NCBI RefSeq assembly: GCF_009914755.1 | Contig: NC_060934.1 | From: the human T2T-CHM13v2.0 reference genome, Homo sapiens | Reading direction: 5' to 3' (one strand) | DNA: 64,000 bases | Shown: positions 23,892 through 37,660 of the stretch, piece after piece | Layout of the letters: each line of letters opens with the position of its first letter | Position numbering within the stretch: the stretch's first letter is position 1 | Made by a program: the position numbers and the translations under genes | Notes under the pieces: generated by a model | Seen by the model: the letters and a program-made list of their open reading frames with translations, nothing else | The model's database searches: none | What the model was told of the DNA's origin: nothing

Positions 23892-26319
23892 GCTATAAAT
23901 ATCCTCAAATCCCACCACCCAGAAATTACCACTGAGCATCATTACAGATGTAGCCTTCTGATTCTATGTGGAAATAGTGGGGTGAGCAAGAGAGAAAACA
24001 TAAAAGAAAGAAGGGTAGGGAGATGGATGGATGGGGTCAGAGAAGTGAAGAGACCCCCTCTATGTGATGTAGGTGGTGCTGGTCCTGGTCACAGTGGGAT
24101 CTAATCCAATGTGAAAGGCCACTTATTTAAAAAAAAGGAAAATCATGATGAAGATTGAGATATAAAATGAACATGTGTTAAAGATTTTATTTAATTCACC
24201 TGTTAATGACAGAACTGATAACGTTGTTACAATCAGAAAATCCAAAGAACGTACGTATTTAAAGATCAGAAAAGTGAGAGAGGAAGAGATATGTCATTCT
24301 ACTGGGAAAAATTCAATTGCATGTGTATAGTAAAAACTTATTTTGCATTGCTATCATTTATCTATAATGTAGAGAGTTTTAAAATTTCTCAAAGGCAATG
24401 AAAGGCTAGAATCAGTTAATCCTGAAGGGTATGAGCAAAACACTGCATAATTTTCCTTTGGAGACACTCAATAATATGTTTTGCTTACTCCAAATTTTCT
24501 TACACCCACATGTTCCTGCTGCAAGCCCAGGGCCCTTTTCTCACATCACACCGTGATTTTCTGAGGCTTCTGTTTCTTACCCTTGCCAGAAAAAGTTTCT
24601 GAGCACTGCAGGTACAACCTCAAGAGTCAGAAAGGGCAAAAAGATTTCATTGTGTGCTTTTTCCTTCTTTGTTTTTTTTTTAAAAAATCATACAATTTAA
24701 GAAGTGAAAAAATATCCAAAAATATATAAGGGAAAGGTTGTAATTTCTACTGTACTCCCCTTCTTCTCCCATGTCTCCTGCCCCCAGGGGAAATCAATAT
24801 GGTTTAAGATATGTCCATCTATACCTTCTGCATGTTCAACAATCACACATAAATATTTAAGCACATATATAGGGATTTTAGTCATGAAAGTTTACATAAG
24901 TGGGAATTTGGGAATATACCATATATATCTGTATCTTTTTTCATTTAAAATAATGCATGGAGGCTATCTCAGGTGCACAGATACCAATTGAATGTATGTA
25001 ATGGTATGCCATGACATGGATACGCCTTCCCAGTCTAGTCCTGGGGATTCATTCTCATTAAGTAGGGAGCAAATGCACGTAGTTGTGGAATAGGAAAGGA
25101 ATTGTCCTTCTTGAAATAGCCATGGTGGGAAGGGGAGAAGGAGGACAAATTTTGCCATTTGAATTGGATTGTGGGGGTGGCACAGTTAAACATCTTTGTC
25201 CAGGTAGAACACACACCAGCACCCTCCAATCATTATGGTGTTTCAGAATCCATCATGCTGTGTGTAGGGAGCATTGCTCATTAGTTTTAAAGAAAACAAC
25301 TCTTTCCTTGGTAATAAAAACCAAATACTTTTCAAAGAAAATTATATATTTACTAGTGGGAAAATGAGTCTCCCTACCCGGTCTTCCAAGGAATACTGAA
25401 AATCTACCACAGCAGCTTTAGGAGGACATCAAAGAAATGCTTGCTGCATACAGCAAATTAAACATTCATATCCTGGTGAAAGCCTCCCCTGCATCATTAA
25501 AAAAAATAAAAACTGGAAGTTGTTTGGGGTATGTTGAAAATTAGTTATTAGAAAGGAACTTTCTCTTACTAATAGAAACTTAGGCTATCTGGAGCCAAGA
25601 AAAAATGTTAGGTGGAAGAATGGGAAGGAAGAGGAGTATAGGAAAACCATTCCTGAAAGATAATGCTATGAAAGTCGCTCCTTTTGTAATATTTTTTCCT
25701 AAGCCAAAGGGAGGCAAATGCTTAAACCATTATAATCTTGTTAACCTGGAGGACGCAAATCAGAACCCCTGAGAGGAGGGAAGCAGCCAGCAAGAGGGGC
25801 CTTAAGCCAAAGGGCTCCTGAATTGCTCATTTCTACTCATCCACAGGCCTCAGAGCCTGAAGTTTTAAACAACATGCTGCTTTACACTCTCAGTGGTACA
25901 TTTCTGTTCTACTGGCCTTTTGTTTCAATCTGTCAATCAACACATGTTTTATTGATCATGTACTAAGTACCAAGAGCTACGGAGGTTATAGCTTCCAGAT
26001 ACAGTAAGCTCCTTAAGGGCAGAAATCATCTTGTCATAGACAAAGAGCATAAAAATAGAAATAATATACAAGGCAACATAAAAGACATTTTTAATAGTGA
26101 ACAAAGGCTTTCCACTTCTTGAAAATTTTGCAAGTTTTCAGCGAGGGGAGTTCTGAGAGGTATAGAAAAGTGTTTTGCTTATAGCAGAAGCTTAATACAC
26201 GTGTGAGGTTTAGAGGGAGAGACCTTTATGAAGCTGGGCTCTTCAAAAAGGTCATAGTGAAGCAGTATGGTGTCCTGGTGCCATAGTAATAAAAATAGTA
26301 GTAATGATACTGGCGGTGG

Positions 26320-26440
26320 TAATTATAATAAGAGCAGCTCACAGTTATTCATCTCATCATTTCATTTAATTCTCACAAGCACCCTATGAATTGGATATTT
26401 TTATTATTCCCATTTTAGAGATGAGAAAACAGAGCCCAGG
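26320..26440 (-). mobile_element. MIR SINE
   Basis: catttaattctcacaagcaccctatga...attattcccattttagagatgagaaaacagag. Confidence 0.75.
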
Positions 26441-29400
26441 CCATTCAGGGAGCAAGTGAGGATGTAGCAGAGTGATCAGAAACCACAGACTTTAGACCAC
26501 AGAAACACACCTATAGTAGAAAAAGTTGGGTCAATTACTTCTTGCAATACACATGGGGAATACACATCATGTGAAACTGCAAGTTTTCTCAGTTCAGGAT
26601 GTTAGAAAGAACCTATAATAAGATTTAGGATTTGTATGGGTAATTTTGGGAGTGTCCAAGGAATTGGATATTCTCTCTGAATTCTGCAATTCTATGATAA
26701 ACTATCTTAACAAATCTTATCTGTAGGGAGGGCAGACTAGAGTGAGAATAAAGTTGTAACTGGCAAAGAACTAGTAGCCACTCATTTAGCCAAGGGAAAA
26801 AGGGGGTTTTGTATTTTGTGTTGTGAAGTGACCCTGTCTGAGTGGATGTTTTGTGAGATTGTGACAAGCAGGAGAACAATATGATTTTACTGTAGGCAAT
26901 AGCTATATTTGTACTATCATAGAGGGTCAGTTATGAGTTCCCTGATGTAAAGGGCTGCCTTTTTTCCCTTCTAACTTTTGAGTGGTTTGTGCAGTTGACT
27001 TAACTGGCTCAGCCTGTTGCACAAACATCTGTACAGTAGACCTGTCATGAAAATTAGATGTCATGCAGACAAAGGACCTAGCACCTAGCATGCAGGGTAC
27101 TCTCCATCACTGGGCTCTTCCTGGAGGAAGACCAGAGATCACGGGAGGACAGACAGGTTTTCCATCACCCAGGTGATGGAGAGGGCATCTAGATGAACAG
27201 CGGGAGCAGAGGCAGGAATATGGAGAATATCTTATACCCAGAAATTCCCACTAATTGGCTAGACTCACATTTCAACTTCTTTTAGAGTTTGAGAGCTATG
27301 TTCGTAAGGTTTTTTTTTGTTTTGTTTTTCTTTTTTTTCTTTTCCTTTTCTTTTCCTAAAGGCAAAGACATCCTACGTGATTTCACCAGCAAATGTTCTC
27401 TTTGTCTCTTTGTTTTTCTTGGCACATCAAGTACAGTGCTAGCCCCTGGAGACTCATTGATTTTCAAGAAAAGGTGTTTTTTGTTTTTTGTTTTTTTTTT
27501 CTTTCCATTGTCTACATTGGCAAAATAAAGCTGAGCTCAACATCTCATCTTTTCCTTTGATATGGTTATAGACAACATTTATATCTCAGGATTGTAGAAA
27601 GCCCTGATAGAGCAAAAATCTTTGCTGCATAATTAATTTGTTCCAGCACATCAGGTGATGGTTGGAACTCAGCTGTCTCAAGTTCTGAAGTTCTCAAGTA
27701 TCTGAAGATAGGAAGAAGTAGAAATAGTTGTTCAATTTTTAAGTGGATTTTATAGTTTTAAGTGAGTAAATCCAGTAAGTAACTGTTATATGGTTTGTTT
27801 GGAGCATTTTTAGTTAACAGTGAGCTCATGGTAGTAAATATCCTTCAAGTGATTGTTAGGTAGCTGGGGGTGGGTCTCCTTCCATTCTTTGAAAGTGGGC
27901 ACATTTCAGTAGAGCAACTGTTATTGTGTTGGGGAACATACAATGTTTTGCCATTTTAAGAACAATTACTGTTCTTATGAATAATATAATTAAAGGAAAT
28001 GACAGTGTTTAGCAACATCAGCAGTATAAGAACTGCAAAAAATGCAGTATGCTCCTGGATGACAAATACTTCCCTTCCAAAGATAAGGCAAACATCTCTA
28101 AACATGAAAACACCTAAACCCTGGAAAGAAAACCTTAGACAAATACCTCACTGCTCCGTTAGCACTGATTTTCCACATCATAAAGTGACATCTAGACCAA
28201 GCCAAACAAGTGAAAAAAGAGGAAGTGAGGGGCGTTTCTGGAGGTTTTAGCTTCTCTTATACCAAGGAATTCAGGAATTGTTCAATATGATTTGTCTAAA
28301 CTAATTTTGCGAAGAAACTTGCCCAAGGTCAGGTTCATTATCCATGAAATTGAGATAATAGGTTTGTAATCATATTCTTGTCATCAGGGGAATCTGAGAT
28401 TTGGGATCTATTTGTCTCTAAAAAAGTTTTATTAATATTTGGTTGCAGCCAGCACTTAATCCTCAAGGATTCACACACATTTTATCCTGTTTGAGCTCGG
28501 TGATTTACATTATGGCTGTGGAAATTAAAATCCAAAGAGATAACCAGATTAGCCAGGATTGACCACATAATATCTGTGTAGGATGCTGAAATTTATCCCT
28601 TCTGGCTTGCCATTTTTCTCTAGTTACATATCACGCTTATTAATGTTTATCTTACACATTTTAAGTTAGTTTTCCTATGGTTGATAGTTAGAACCTAGAG
28701 ACAGAATCAATCTAATGATTACTGACTTACTTGGAACTTGATTTTCTTTGTTATTGTTTATGAAGTTTGAGCTTCTACTCCATTGGAGTCTCCGCACTAG
28801 AAAGATTTGAAGGACGGAGCACAGAGCACCATTGAATGGGTTTACAATCAGGTAGGGATGCATAAATACACATTAGCACCTCTATTAATTGGGCACTTTT
28901 AAGTTGCAAGTGACAGAATTCTAACTCTATTATTTCCATGTGACCCCAAACCCTATGGGAGACAGAAAGTACAACAGGGCTTCAAGGACCACTGGAGCCC
29001 AGATCCCAAATATGCTAGTGATAGCAGTGGAGGGACCATGAGCTTTGGAGGCAGTCTTGATTTAAATGCTGAATCTGCACCTGTGTGAGCTCATCTTGGT
29101 GAAGAAATGTGCCCATGTTCACTTTCCTCTATAAAATGGAGTTTGTAGCTATGTCCTCATAAAGTAGATATTTAATGATATAAAATTGGTTTCCTTTGTT
29201 AAGGATTGAGGGCTGGAGGGCTGGGAAGGCCAGGGATGGCAAGCAATGCCCAATTTTCCTGCAATATGAAAACAGCACTGTTAGGAATGGAGAACAAAAC
29301 TCAAGGTCAACTATCACTATACTTTGTGTGGTTTTGATCTAGCTTCTCAACAGCCATGTGATTTTATTCTGATGTTGTAGGAGGAATGAATCCTTAACGT

Positions 29401-29539
29401 GAAGATTACAGAAAATAGTAGGAGGGGGGGAAAAGCCATTTTCACAGCAAGTGAGGAACACTATCACACAAAGGTGGCTATGTGGAGGAAAAAATGCTGA
29501 CTTCACAAGATAGCTGAAGAGCCTCAGGGTTTTGTGACA

Positions 29540-30400
29540 ATTTTACTCCCAGATGGGAAAATAAATAAATGACCAAAAAAGACTCTAGGACAGGTAGAAA
29601 CTAAAATACTATGGAATCTAGTGTTAAATGTTGTGAAATTTGTAAAGGATTATTTTCCTTGCAAATACTTTCAACCTTTAGGAAACAAATCTACCTAGAA
29701 TTTTAAGCATAAAAATAGAATAAAGTACTTCTAATTACTTTTATTAAAATATAGCATTAGCACTAACATAAGTCCAAAGAGCACATAAAACTATCATATG
29801 TATTATAGCTATTTTATTTGGGATTTGGACATCTATAATCATCAGCAAACAGAACCCAGCAGTACGTTAAGGGAAAAATCACCATGACGAGGAAGCGTTC
29901 TTTCTATGACTTCATTAATTGTTTAATATTAGGAAATCAATGGTTATAATTCAATTTACTAACAGCAAAAGAAAAAACATAATACAACTTGATATATGCT
30001 GAAAAGCATTTGATAAAAATTAACATCCATTCTTGATACAAAAACTTTCAATCAAGTATCAATAAATGAATATGCTCATAGCATTATAAGACATACATTT
30101 AAAATCCATGGCTAGCCTCAAGCTCAGTGTAAAAATTCCCGTTAAGATCAGAAACATGAAAAGAATGTTCATTGTCATAAACATTATCTGGTGGTGTTTT
30201 TTCTAGATGTGCCAATTCCATTAGAAAAAGAATTAAAATGAGTGGTGGAGACACCTTGATGATTTGCAGACTAAAACACTGTGAAGCTGTTAAAAAGAGA
30301 GTAGGATTCTCTATGTTGAATTATAACCATGCCCACTCCATATTGAGGAAAAATAGGATATGTAAGTCACTAGAATATTATATCCTTTCTGTAAAATCAG
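29540..30400 (+). mobile_element. Very old L1M ORF2 remnant
   Basis: gatatatgctgaaaagcatttgataaaaattaacatccattcttgata encodes a DAEKAFDKI-like RT motif; heavily decayed. Confidence 0.6.
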
Positions 30401-30825
30401 AGTACATAATTGTGTGTTGGGAAAAGCAAAATGCATTTAAAAAAAACATGATTTTTTTTTAACTCATGCTTGTATTTAGTAAGGTATTAACTGTTCTACT
30501 TCTGAATTATGGGTTTACAGGACACTGTTATTTCCTTCTCTGTGCCTTTTGAAAATTGCTTGACTCTTTTTTTTTAAACAATACACATGAGGATAATAAT
30601 TGTTAACTTTTATTTATCAAACATGTGCTTTTGGATTATGCTTCACCTCACTCAATCTTCACATTATTTTCTATCTCTTTCTTTATTTTCCAGATGGGAA
30701 AACAGGCTTAAGGAAGGATAAGTAACTTGTTCAAGGTAAAAGGCATTCTGACTTTAAATTCATGTGCTCTTAACCACTCCTCTATTGCTTTTATTATTAG
30801 AAAAAGAAATTGTCATTTCCAAAAT

Positions 30826-31050
30826 ACATATATATATAGAGAGAGATATATACACACATACATACATAAATATATTCTGTGATAAATGGTATATATAAAG
30901 ATATTTCATACCTTTGTATATAGAAATGATGTATATATATTTTAAAAAGATAGTTTTATAAATCTATAAGTATATATGTATGCATACGTATATATATACA
31001 CATATATGTGCACCCACAAATATATATAAAAAATATAAAAAGTTGATATA
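30826..31050. repeat. Interrupted (TA)n/(TG)n low-complexity tract
   Basis: Repeated tatata/tacata/tatgta units. Confidence 0.75.
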
Positions 31051-32789
31051 ATACAGTGCCTAGAAAATGGTCATTAAATTGTATTTATTCATCTTCCTAA
31101 AGCCTCCATGCTTGGAATATGAGCAAAAACTATGTTTATTTAGCATTGTATCCCCTAGCAGCAAGCAGGTGTCTTTCACAGCATTAATATTAAACAAAGA
31201 TCTTTTATACATGTAAATATAATAAACAATAGAAAATTGGATTATATTGCATGCCCAGCAGTGAGCTCTTCCTGCGATACCCCCACTGCCTACTGTCCTC
31301 TGCGATGAGCACTGACCTTTCTCTGGGCTGTGGATGGAGTCACAGCAGGGGTCAATAGGGCCATGGTGTGGATTCAAAGCCTGGCATTGGCCAGCCTGCT
31401 CTATGATATAAGTAGGCGAAGCCTCTAGAGAGAGGTTCGCTTTTGGATATAGAAGGATGTGCCTTTCCTCTTCATAGAAATCTGGCCTTTGCAATAGCCT
31501 AAATGAAGACCTCATCCTTTCTGCTCAATGTCATTCTTCACGGATGCTCCGAGGAGGAGGCTGAGGATATAGCCAGGCCATGGAGTGGGTGAATGCTGTT
31601 TATGGGTCCCAGGTGGTGCCCAGAGTCCTGAAAGCGCTAATTGAGTTTTCTGGAAAATACCACAGTTTACCTTTGTTCAGCTAGAATACAGCCCCCACCA
31701 TGTTTTTCCTCTAGTACTGGCTCCTGAGCTCAGAGAAGATAAGGAGAGGATCATGCTGGCGTGAGCACTGACCACAGAGGGAACGAGAGACCCAAGAAAT
31801 ACCCTTTCCCTGTGGTGACAGGATGGAAACTGCCAATCTCTCTGCAGGCGCCCCTCTGGCTGGTAGGAGGCACCAGAACACACTGCATGCTCCAGTGTGT
31901 GATATGCTGCTGTTTCTTAAAAGCCTGTGTGAGAGGTCAGTGCCACCAAGTGGCTGAAAGGTGAGTGGGCAAATGGAAGGGTATCTGCAATACAGTGGCT
32001 TCCTAGTACTTCCCCTCCCCTTCCTCCTGCCTCTACCACCCACCCATTACCCCATGTCTCTCAGGACTCTATGCTGTCCTAGGCAGACTATAGGGTACTG
32101 GATTAATCTCCTCTTTTAAGTTAGCTCTCAGGTGTCCAACTCTCCCTTTACACCTTAATCTAGACTTTGGCCTCCTTCCCTGCTTTAATTGATTGATCTC
32201 ATCATGAGGAAGAACTCGGTGACTACAGACCAAAGACTCCTTCATTGGGTAGGAAAGACTGAGAATAAATCAGTGTTCCCTCTCTATCGGTGGATACTTT
32301 CATGTTTGCTCTGAGGTCTGGCTTAACTCAAGGAACTAACTGGTAATGAAGGAAGTTCAGGCAGGCTTGTGGGAGAGATGGATGGATAGACATTTTTTAT
32401 TAGCACTTCTCTAATCAGTTGAGTTCAGATAAGTGACCACAGATGCAAGATACCACATTCTACAATAAGAGGAAACACCCAATATATATGTCATATTTGT
32501 GCCCTCAAGGAAGTGGTAATTCAGTAAGGCACATAGATCATAAACACATGGATTAAAAAATACAGTCACGCAAGTATTTAAAAATGATAGAATAGCATAA
32601 GATAGGCATAAAGTATGCAGAACCAATCAAGGAAACAAAAGATGAACTGCAAATAATGGTCACTGAGTATCTGTGGCATGCCAGATACTATCAAGCACTC
32701 CCATAAATTTTATTTTATGTAATCCTCCCTAAACTCTGTCATATTTCATGGATCTCAAAAGAAAACACCCAAACTCTTTCTTTTTATCT

Positions 32790-32901
32790 TTCTTTTTAAA
32801 ATTTATGTAAATTTAAGGAGTACAAGTATGATTGTATTATATGGATATGCTGTGTAGTGACGAAGTCTGGGCTTTTCGTGTAACCATCACCTGAATCATG
32901 T
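32790..32901 (-). mobile_element. L1MA-like 3' terminal fragment
   Basis: aaatttaaggagtacaagt...aagtctgggcttttcgtgtaaccatcacctgaat. Confidence 0.65.
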
Positions 32902-33111
32902 AATTGATTTTTAAATGGTGCTTGAGTCAACATTTTGCAAAGTCGAAGGATCAACATTAGATCATTCTAATCCCCCCTACTCTCTAGAAGTCAACACTTT
33001 TCAAAGTGTGCCATGTGTGAGTGGCATTGGGATAAATATACATAATAAAATTTAACAATAATGCCCTTTAAAACTAACAGCCAAATTTGTGCTAATCCCC
33101 AACAGTCTAAC

Positions 33112-33272
33112 CTTCTACTTAAAGTGTAGTCTGTAAATCAGCAGCATTAGCATGACCAGGGGCTTGTCAGAAATGCAGAATCTTCGGTCCCTTCTGAGAC
33201 CAGCTAAATCAGAATCTGCATTTTACAAGAACTTAAAGCGACTTCAGTGCACATTAAAGTTTAGGAAGCACC
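33112..33272. mobile_element. MER5A1-like MITE
   Basis: ctacttaaagtgtagtc...cagcagcattagc...cagaaatgcagaatc...aatcagaatctgcatttta...cacattaaagttt. Confidence 0.75.
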
Positions 33273-33495
33273 CAGATGGAACACAGGAATAATTTTTCCT
33301 CAAGTATCTAATTATCTGTCTCCTGGTCTTCTTGACTGTTGTAGTACACAGTACTAAGTGGTTAACCAGTTGCCCAAGCCATTGAGATTAAAAGATACAA
33401 ATGAAAGAAAAGATTCAGAGAGTAATTAGGATCAGGAATAAAAGAAAGAGAATGAGAGTAACAAAGGAGAAAGCTATGAATACAGAAGTAGGCAT

Positions 33496-33498
<3 letters not shown>

Positions 33499-33531
<33 letters not shown>
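33499..33531. repeat. (CA)n microsatellite
   Basis: About 16 perfect CA units. Confidence 0.95.
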
Positions 33532-33533
<2 letters not shown>

Positions 33534-33638
33534 GCATTATTAGAGTACTATAATGGAGCCCTAATTAGCATTCTGAATCAAGTACAGTGCCCTGTACATC
33601 ATTATTCTAACAAATATTTATGAGCCCTTACTGACTAA

Positions 33639-33981
<343 letters not shown>

Positions 33982-34790
33982 CAATCTCATTTTTAAGGAG
34001 GTAGAGGAGTTTGTCTCAAAATGAAAAGTAATGTCAAACTTAGGATTCAAATACTTTGAAACATGTTAAATGTGTGCTAAATGAATTTTCTCAAAATCTA
34101 AGATTGGCCACTTTATTCTTAGATAACTGGCACCTTACAGCCCTACCCATGCCCACACACCCACCCCACCCCACACACAAATGAGTAATTAAAATTTTAT
34201 TTTAATTGACCTGAAACCTTTTCAATGATCTTAGAAGAAATAAGGGAGACAAATAGGGGGAAGAAAAACAACAGAAAAATATTTCTTAAAATATTGTTAT
34301 CAGTTTTTGCTGTTACTTGCTGATCTAAATTTATGGATGAATATGATAATTGTATTTCCTAAATAGCTACATATTATAGACCATCTTGAGATAGTCTTCA
34401 ATATTCTGTGGCTTCCTTGTCTGAGGATCAGGAAGCCTTGAACAATCAATAGACACCAAGCATTGTGGTCCCATCTGTCCTTGGAAGACTTTCAAGACCT
34501 CAGTTCCGTGTGGCTTTGGGGTGCAGTCTGCAAGGTCTGTGTTAAAAGCTTAGAGATAGAGTGCTCCTGTACACATATACGTAGACAATTCCACACAAAG
34601 AAGTGCCTCATTTGCCATTTTAATCTCCTTGCATAGCTAGTCACCTTGTCTCTTTGAGAGTGTGCCTTTGTAACTGGGGAACTAGCTCTATTTTTTATTT
34701 CAATATTACTGAGAAAATATCTTAGATAAAAGCTAAATAGTCCCAAAGGTTCAGGAAAGCTGCTAAATATAAAACCCGACTTTAAAAATT

Positions 34791-35437
34791 GAGGATACAA
34801 GACCAATATGTAAAAATCAATTGTATTTCTGGGATTTATTCCATTCCGTTGGTCTATGTGTCTGTTTTCATGCCGATACTAGACTTTTTTATTTTTTTAA
34901 AATATATATAGCTTTGTAATATAGTTTAAAATCAGGAAGCGTAATGCCTCCAATTTTGTCCTTTCTCAAGATTGCCTTGGCTATTAGGGGTCTTTTTTGG
35001 TTTCATGTGAATTTTATGATTCTTCTTTCTGTTTGTGTGAAAATTGCCATTGGAATTTTGATTGAGATTGCATTGAATCTGTACATCTCTCTGGGTAGTA
35101 TGGACATTTTAACAATATTCTTCCAGTCATAAACAAGATAAATATTTTCATTTATTTGTGTCTTTCTCAGTTTCTTTCATCAATGTCTTGTAGTTTTCAA
35201 TATACAGACTTTTCACTTACTTGATTAAATTTATTCCTAGTAATTTTTATGCTATTGAAAATATGATTGCTTTCTGATTTCTTTTTCAGATAGGAAATTG
35301 ATCTTAGCAATGATTTTTGGGGGGATATGACACCAAAAGCAGAAATTAACAAGTGGGACCACATCAAACTGAAAACCTGTGAGCAGCAAAGGAAACAATC
35401 AACAACAGGAGAAGGGAACCTAGTAAATGGGATAAAC
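34791..35437. mobile_element. L1MA/MB-like ORF2 fragment with internal inversion (+ 34791-34830, - 34824-35293, + 35294-35437)
   Basis: Plus ggatacaagaccaatatgtaaaaatcaattgtatttct; minus ttggtctatgtgtctgtt...ctttttcagatag; plus gcaatgattttt...aagtgggaccacatcaaact. Confidence 0.8.
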
Positions 35438-36540
35438 TCTGTGAATGAGATACATATGTGTAGAGGAAAATTGTGGGGACAAGAGAGAGTCCTCTGAACA
35501 AGAATATGGGACTAAGCTTGCCATCGGTCTACCAGCGGCAGGTTAGAAACAACTTACAACTTCAGGAGAATGTAACCATTGTGAAAACTCTCTCCTCAGT
35601 GCTTCAAGTGGTATAGGACGTACTCTTGGTGTTACCTCTCTTTTAGACAGACTAGGGGAGAAAACCTTGTGGCTGTCTCTTTGGACTTTGTTTAGAGATT
35701 GAGAATTATGGGAATTACCCAGTATGCTTTGCAACCATTGCCCAATCTGTGGGAGGGTAGCTTTTCCCTTCACTTACACCTTCTCAGGCTTCTGTATTCC
35801 TTAAGGTGCTTCTGGCTTCCCTTCATCAAAGATACTTTACAGGAAGCTGATTTAAGCAAAGGATGACAATTAGGTATTTTTTTTTGCCAATTCAGATTGA
35901 TTGATACTGGCTGAGGGATGAGTTTGTTAATTAAGAAGGATTCCCGGGTTTGGTGTCATTTCATAAATAACATGTGTTTGCGGCATAGGCGTGAAGCATG
36001 TGTGTTAGATATTTACCATTCCTACTCTAGGCTTAGAAGGTGGAAGATCCCTTGACAGACTAGTGGGACACTGGTTTATTAGTCCTAAACCATATCACCA
36101 CTAGAAGCAGCCCCACACACAGTTTTCCTCTTCCTCCCTTTGTTCAGCACCTCTATGTCACATTTGACAATGATGTGCAAGTTTTGGCCTCAACAGTTAT
36201 TTCTAATTACCTCATCAGATATGATCTTGTTTGATGCCTTGTCATTCTTATCATCTATGCAGTGGGCATCTCTAAAAAGTCAGTGGTTTCCTAAGTAAGA
36301 AAAGAGCAAGATGTGTTAGTTTGCCTGGCTGGCTTTCTTTTGAAATAATCAGGTTGTCTCTTCCCTAAAGAGTCTCTTCCCAGCTGGGAAGTCATCACCT
36401 GCCACTTGAGTCAATTATTGAAAAACACTTTGTCCTGCTCATGTTGTGAACTGTGATATAACCCAAATTCCCGTGGTGTAGAGACTCTCCAACCTTTCAG
36501 TAAAATCCTCCTTTGAGATTGAAGCTATGGTCTCTAATTA

Positions 36541-36854
<314 letters not shown>

Positions 36855-36949
36855 TTACACAAGTCAACTCTAAAATGAGCTCCGGGTTTGCTGGCCTTCA
36901 GTGAATGGTTTTGTTTAGTGGGAATTGAACTGGTTCATCCAGATAGTCC

Positions 36950-37070
36950 TAGGTCAGAATTCTGTCACCAAGTGGTGACCTAGAGCAAGTCATTAGCCTC
37001 CCTAAGCCTTTATTTTCTCAGTTGTAAATTGGAAACAATAATAACTACTTCCTTGCGTTGGTGTAAATAT
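36950..37070 (+). mobile_element. MIR SINE
   Basis: gtgacctagagcaagtcattagcctccctaagcct...tgtaaattggaaacaataata. Confidence 0.7.
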
Positions 37071-37519
37071 TCCGGGTACTCAAGATCTCCCTTGATAGTT
37101 TTCAAACTCCTAATGCAATAGGTACCCAGCAAATGCACTTTACCTTCTTCTTCCCTTGTGTTTGATGGAAGGTCTTATTATGTTTTATTTTGATTTGATT
37201 TTAATCCTAATAATTAAATTGTTCTCAGGTATTGTACTGTTGCCATGAGTTTTTCCAGGTAAAAATCAAGTGTTAATAAAACTGAGGAGAAAGTGAGGCC
37301 TTAGTGACACCAGGACCCAGAGATCAGTTGGACAGAGAGGTGGGTACAGTTCACAAGGCTCCAGGTTGCATGAATCTTTAAGGGATTGCCAGATTATTAG
37401 ACTCAGGGCCTCATTTAGGCAGCTGAAATATGACAAGAGAAAAGGTACTTGGGAATGTTTAGAAATATGTCCTCCAAACAAGGTTGGATTCAAGCCAAAT
37501 TGGGATATAGGTGATATTG

Positions 37520-37660
37520 CATTCATTCATTAATCTATTCAATCATTCATGTCCCAAATATTTACTTAATGTTTCCTGTGTGCTAGGCACTATATCAATT
37601 CTTGTGTCAAAGAGCTCGTGATAGAGTGATGGAAGGGTAATTAAAATACCATGTGGCATG
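37520..37660 (-). mobile_element. L2 3' fragment
   Basis: cattcattcat...caaatatttactt...tgtgtgctaggcact. Confidence 0.6.

Noticed and set aside
27309-27361. Long polypyrimidine tract ending ttttcctaaag, a possible strong acceptor
   Set aside because: No convincing downstream donor; equally explained as a T-rich low-complexity tract.
31060-31515. 151-aa minus-strand ORF
   Set aside because: No recognisable domain and it runs into AT-rich, L2-like sequence; ORFs of this length arise by chance in 64 kb.
31845-31864. CTCF-like gcgcccctctgg
   Set aside because: The spacing does not fit the CCASYAGRKGGCRS core.
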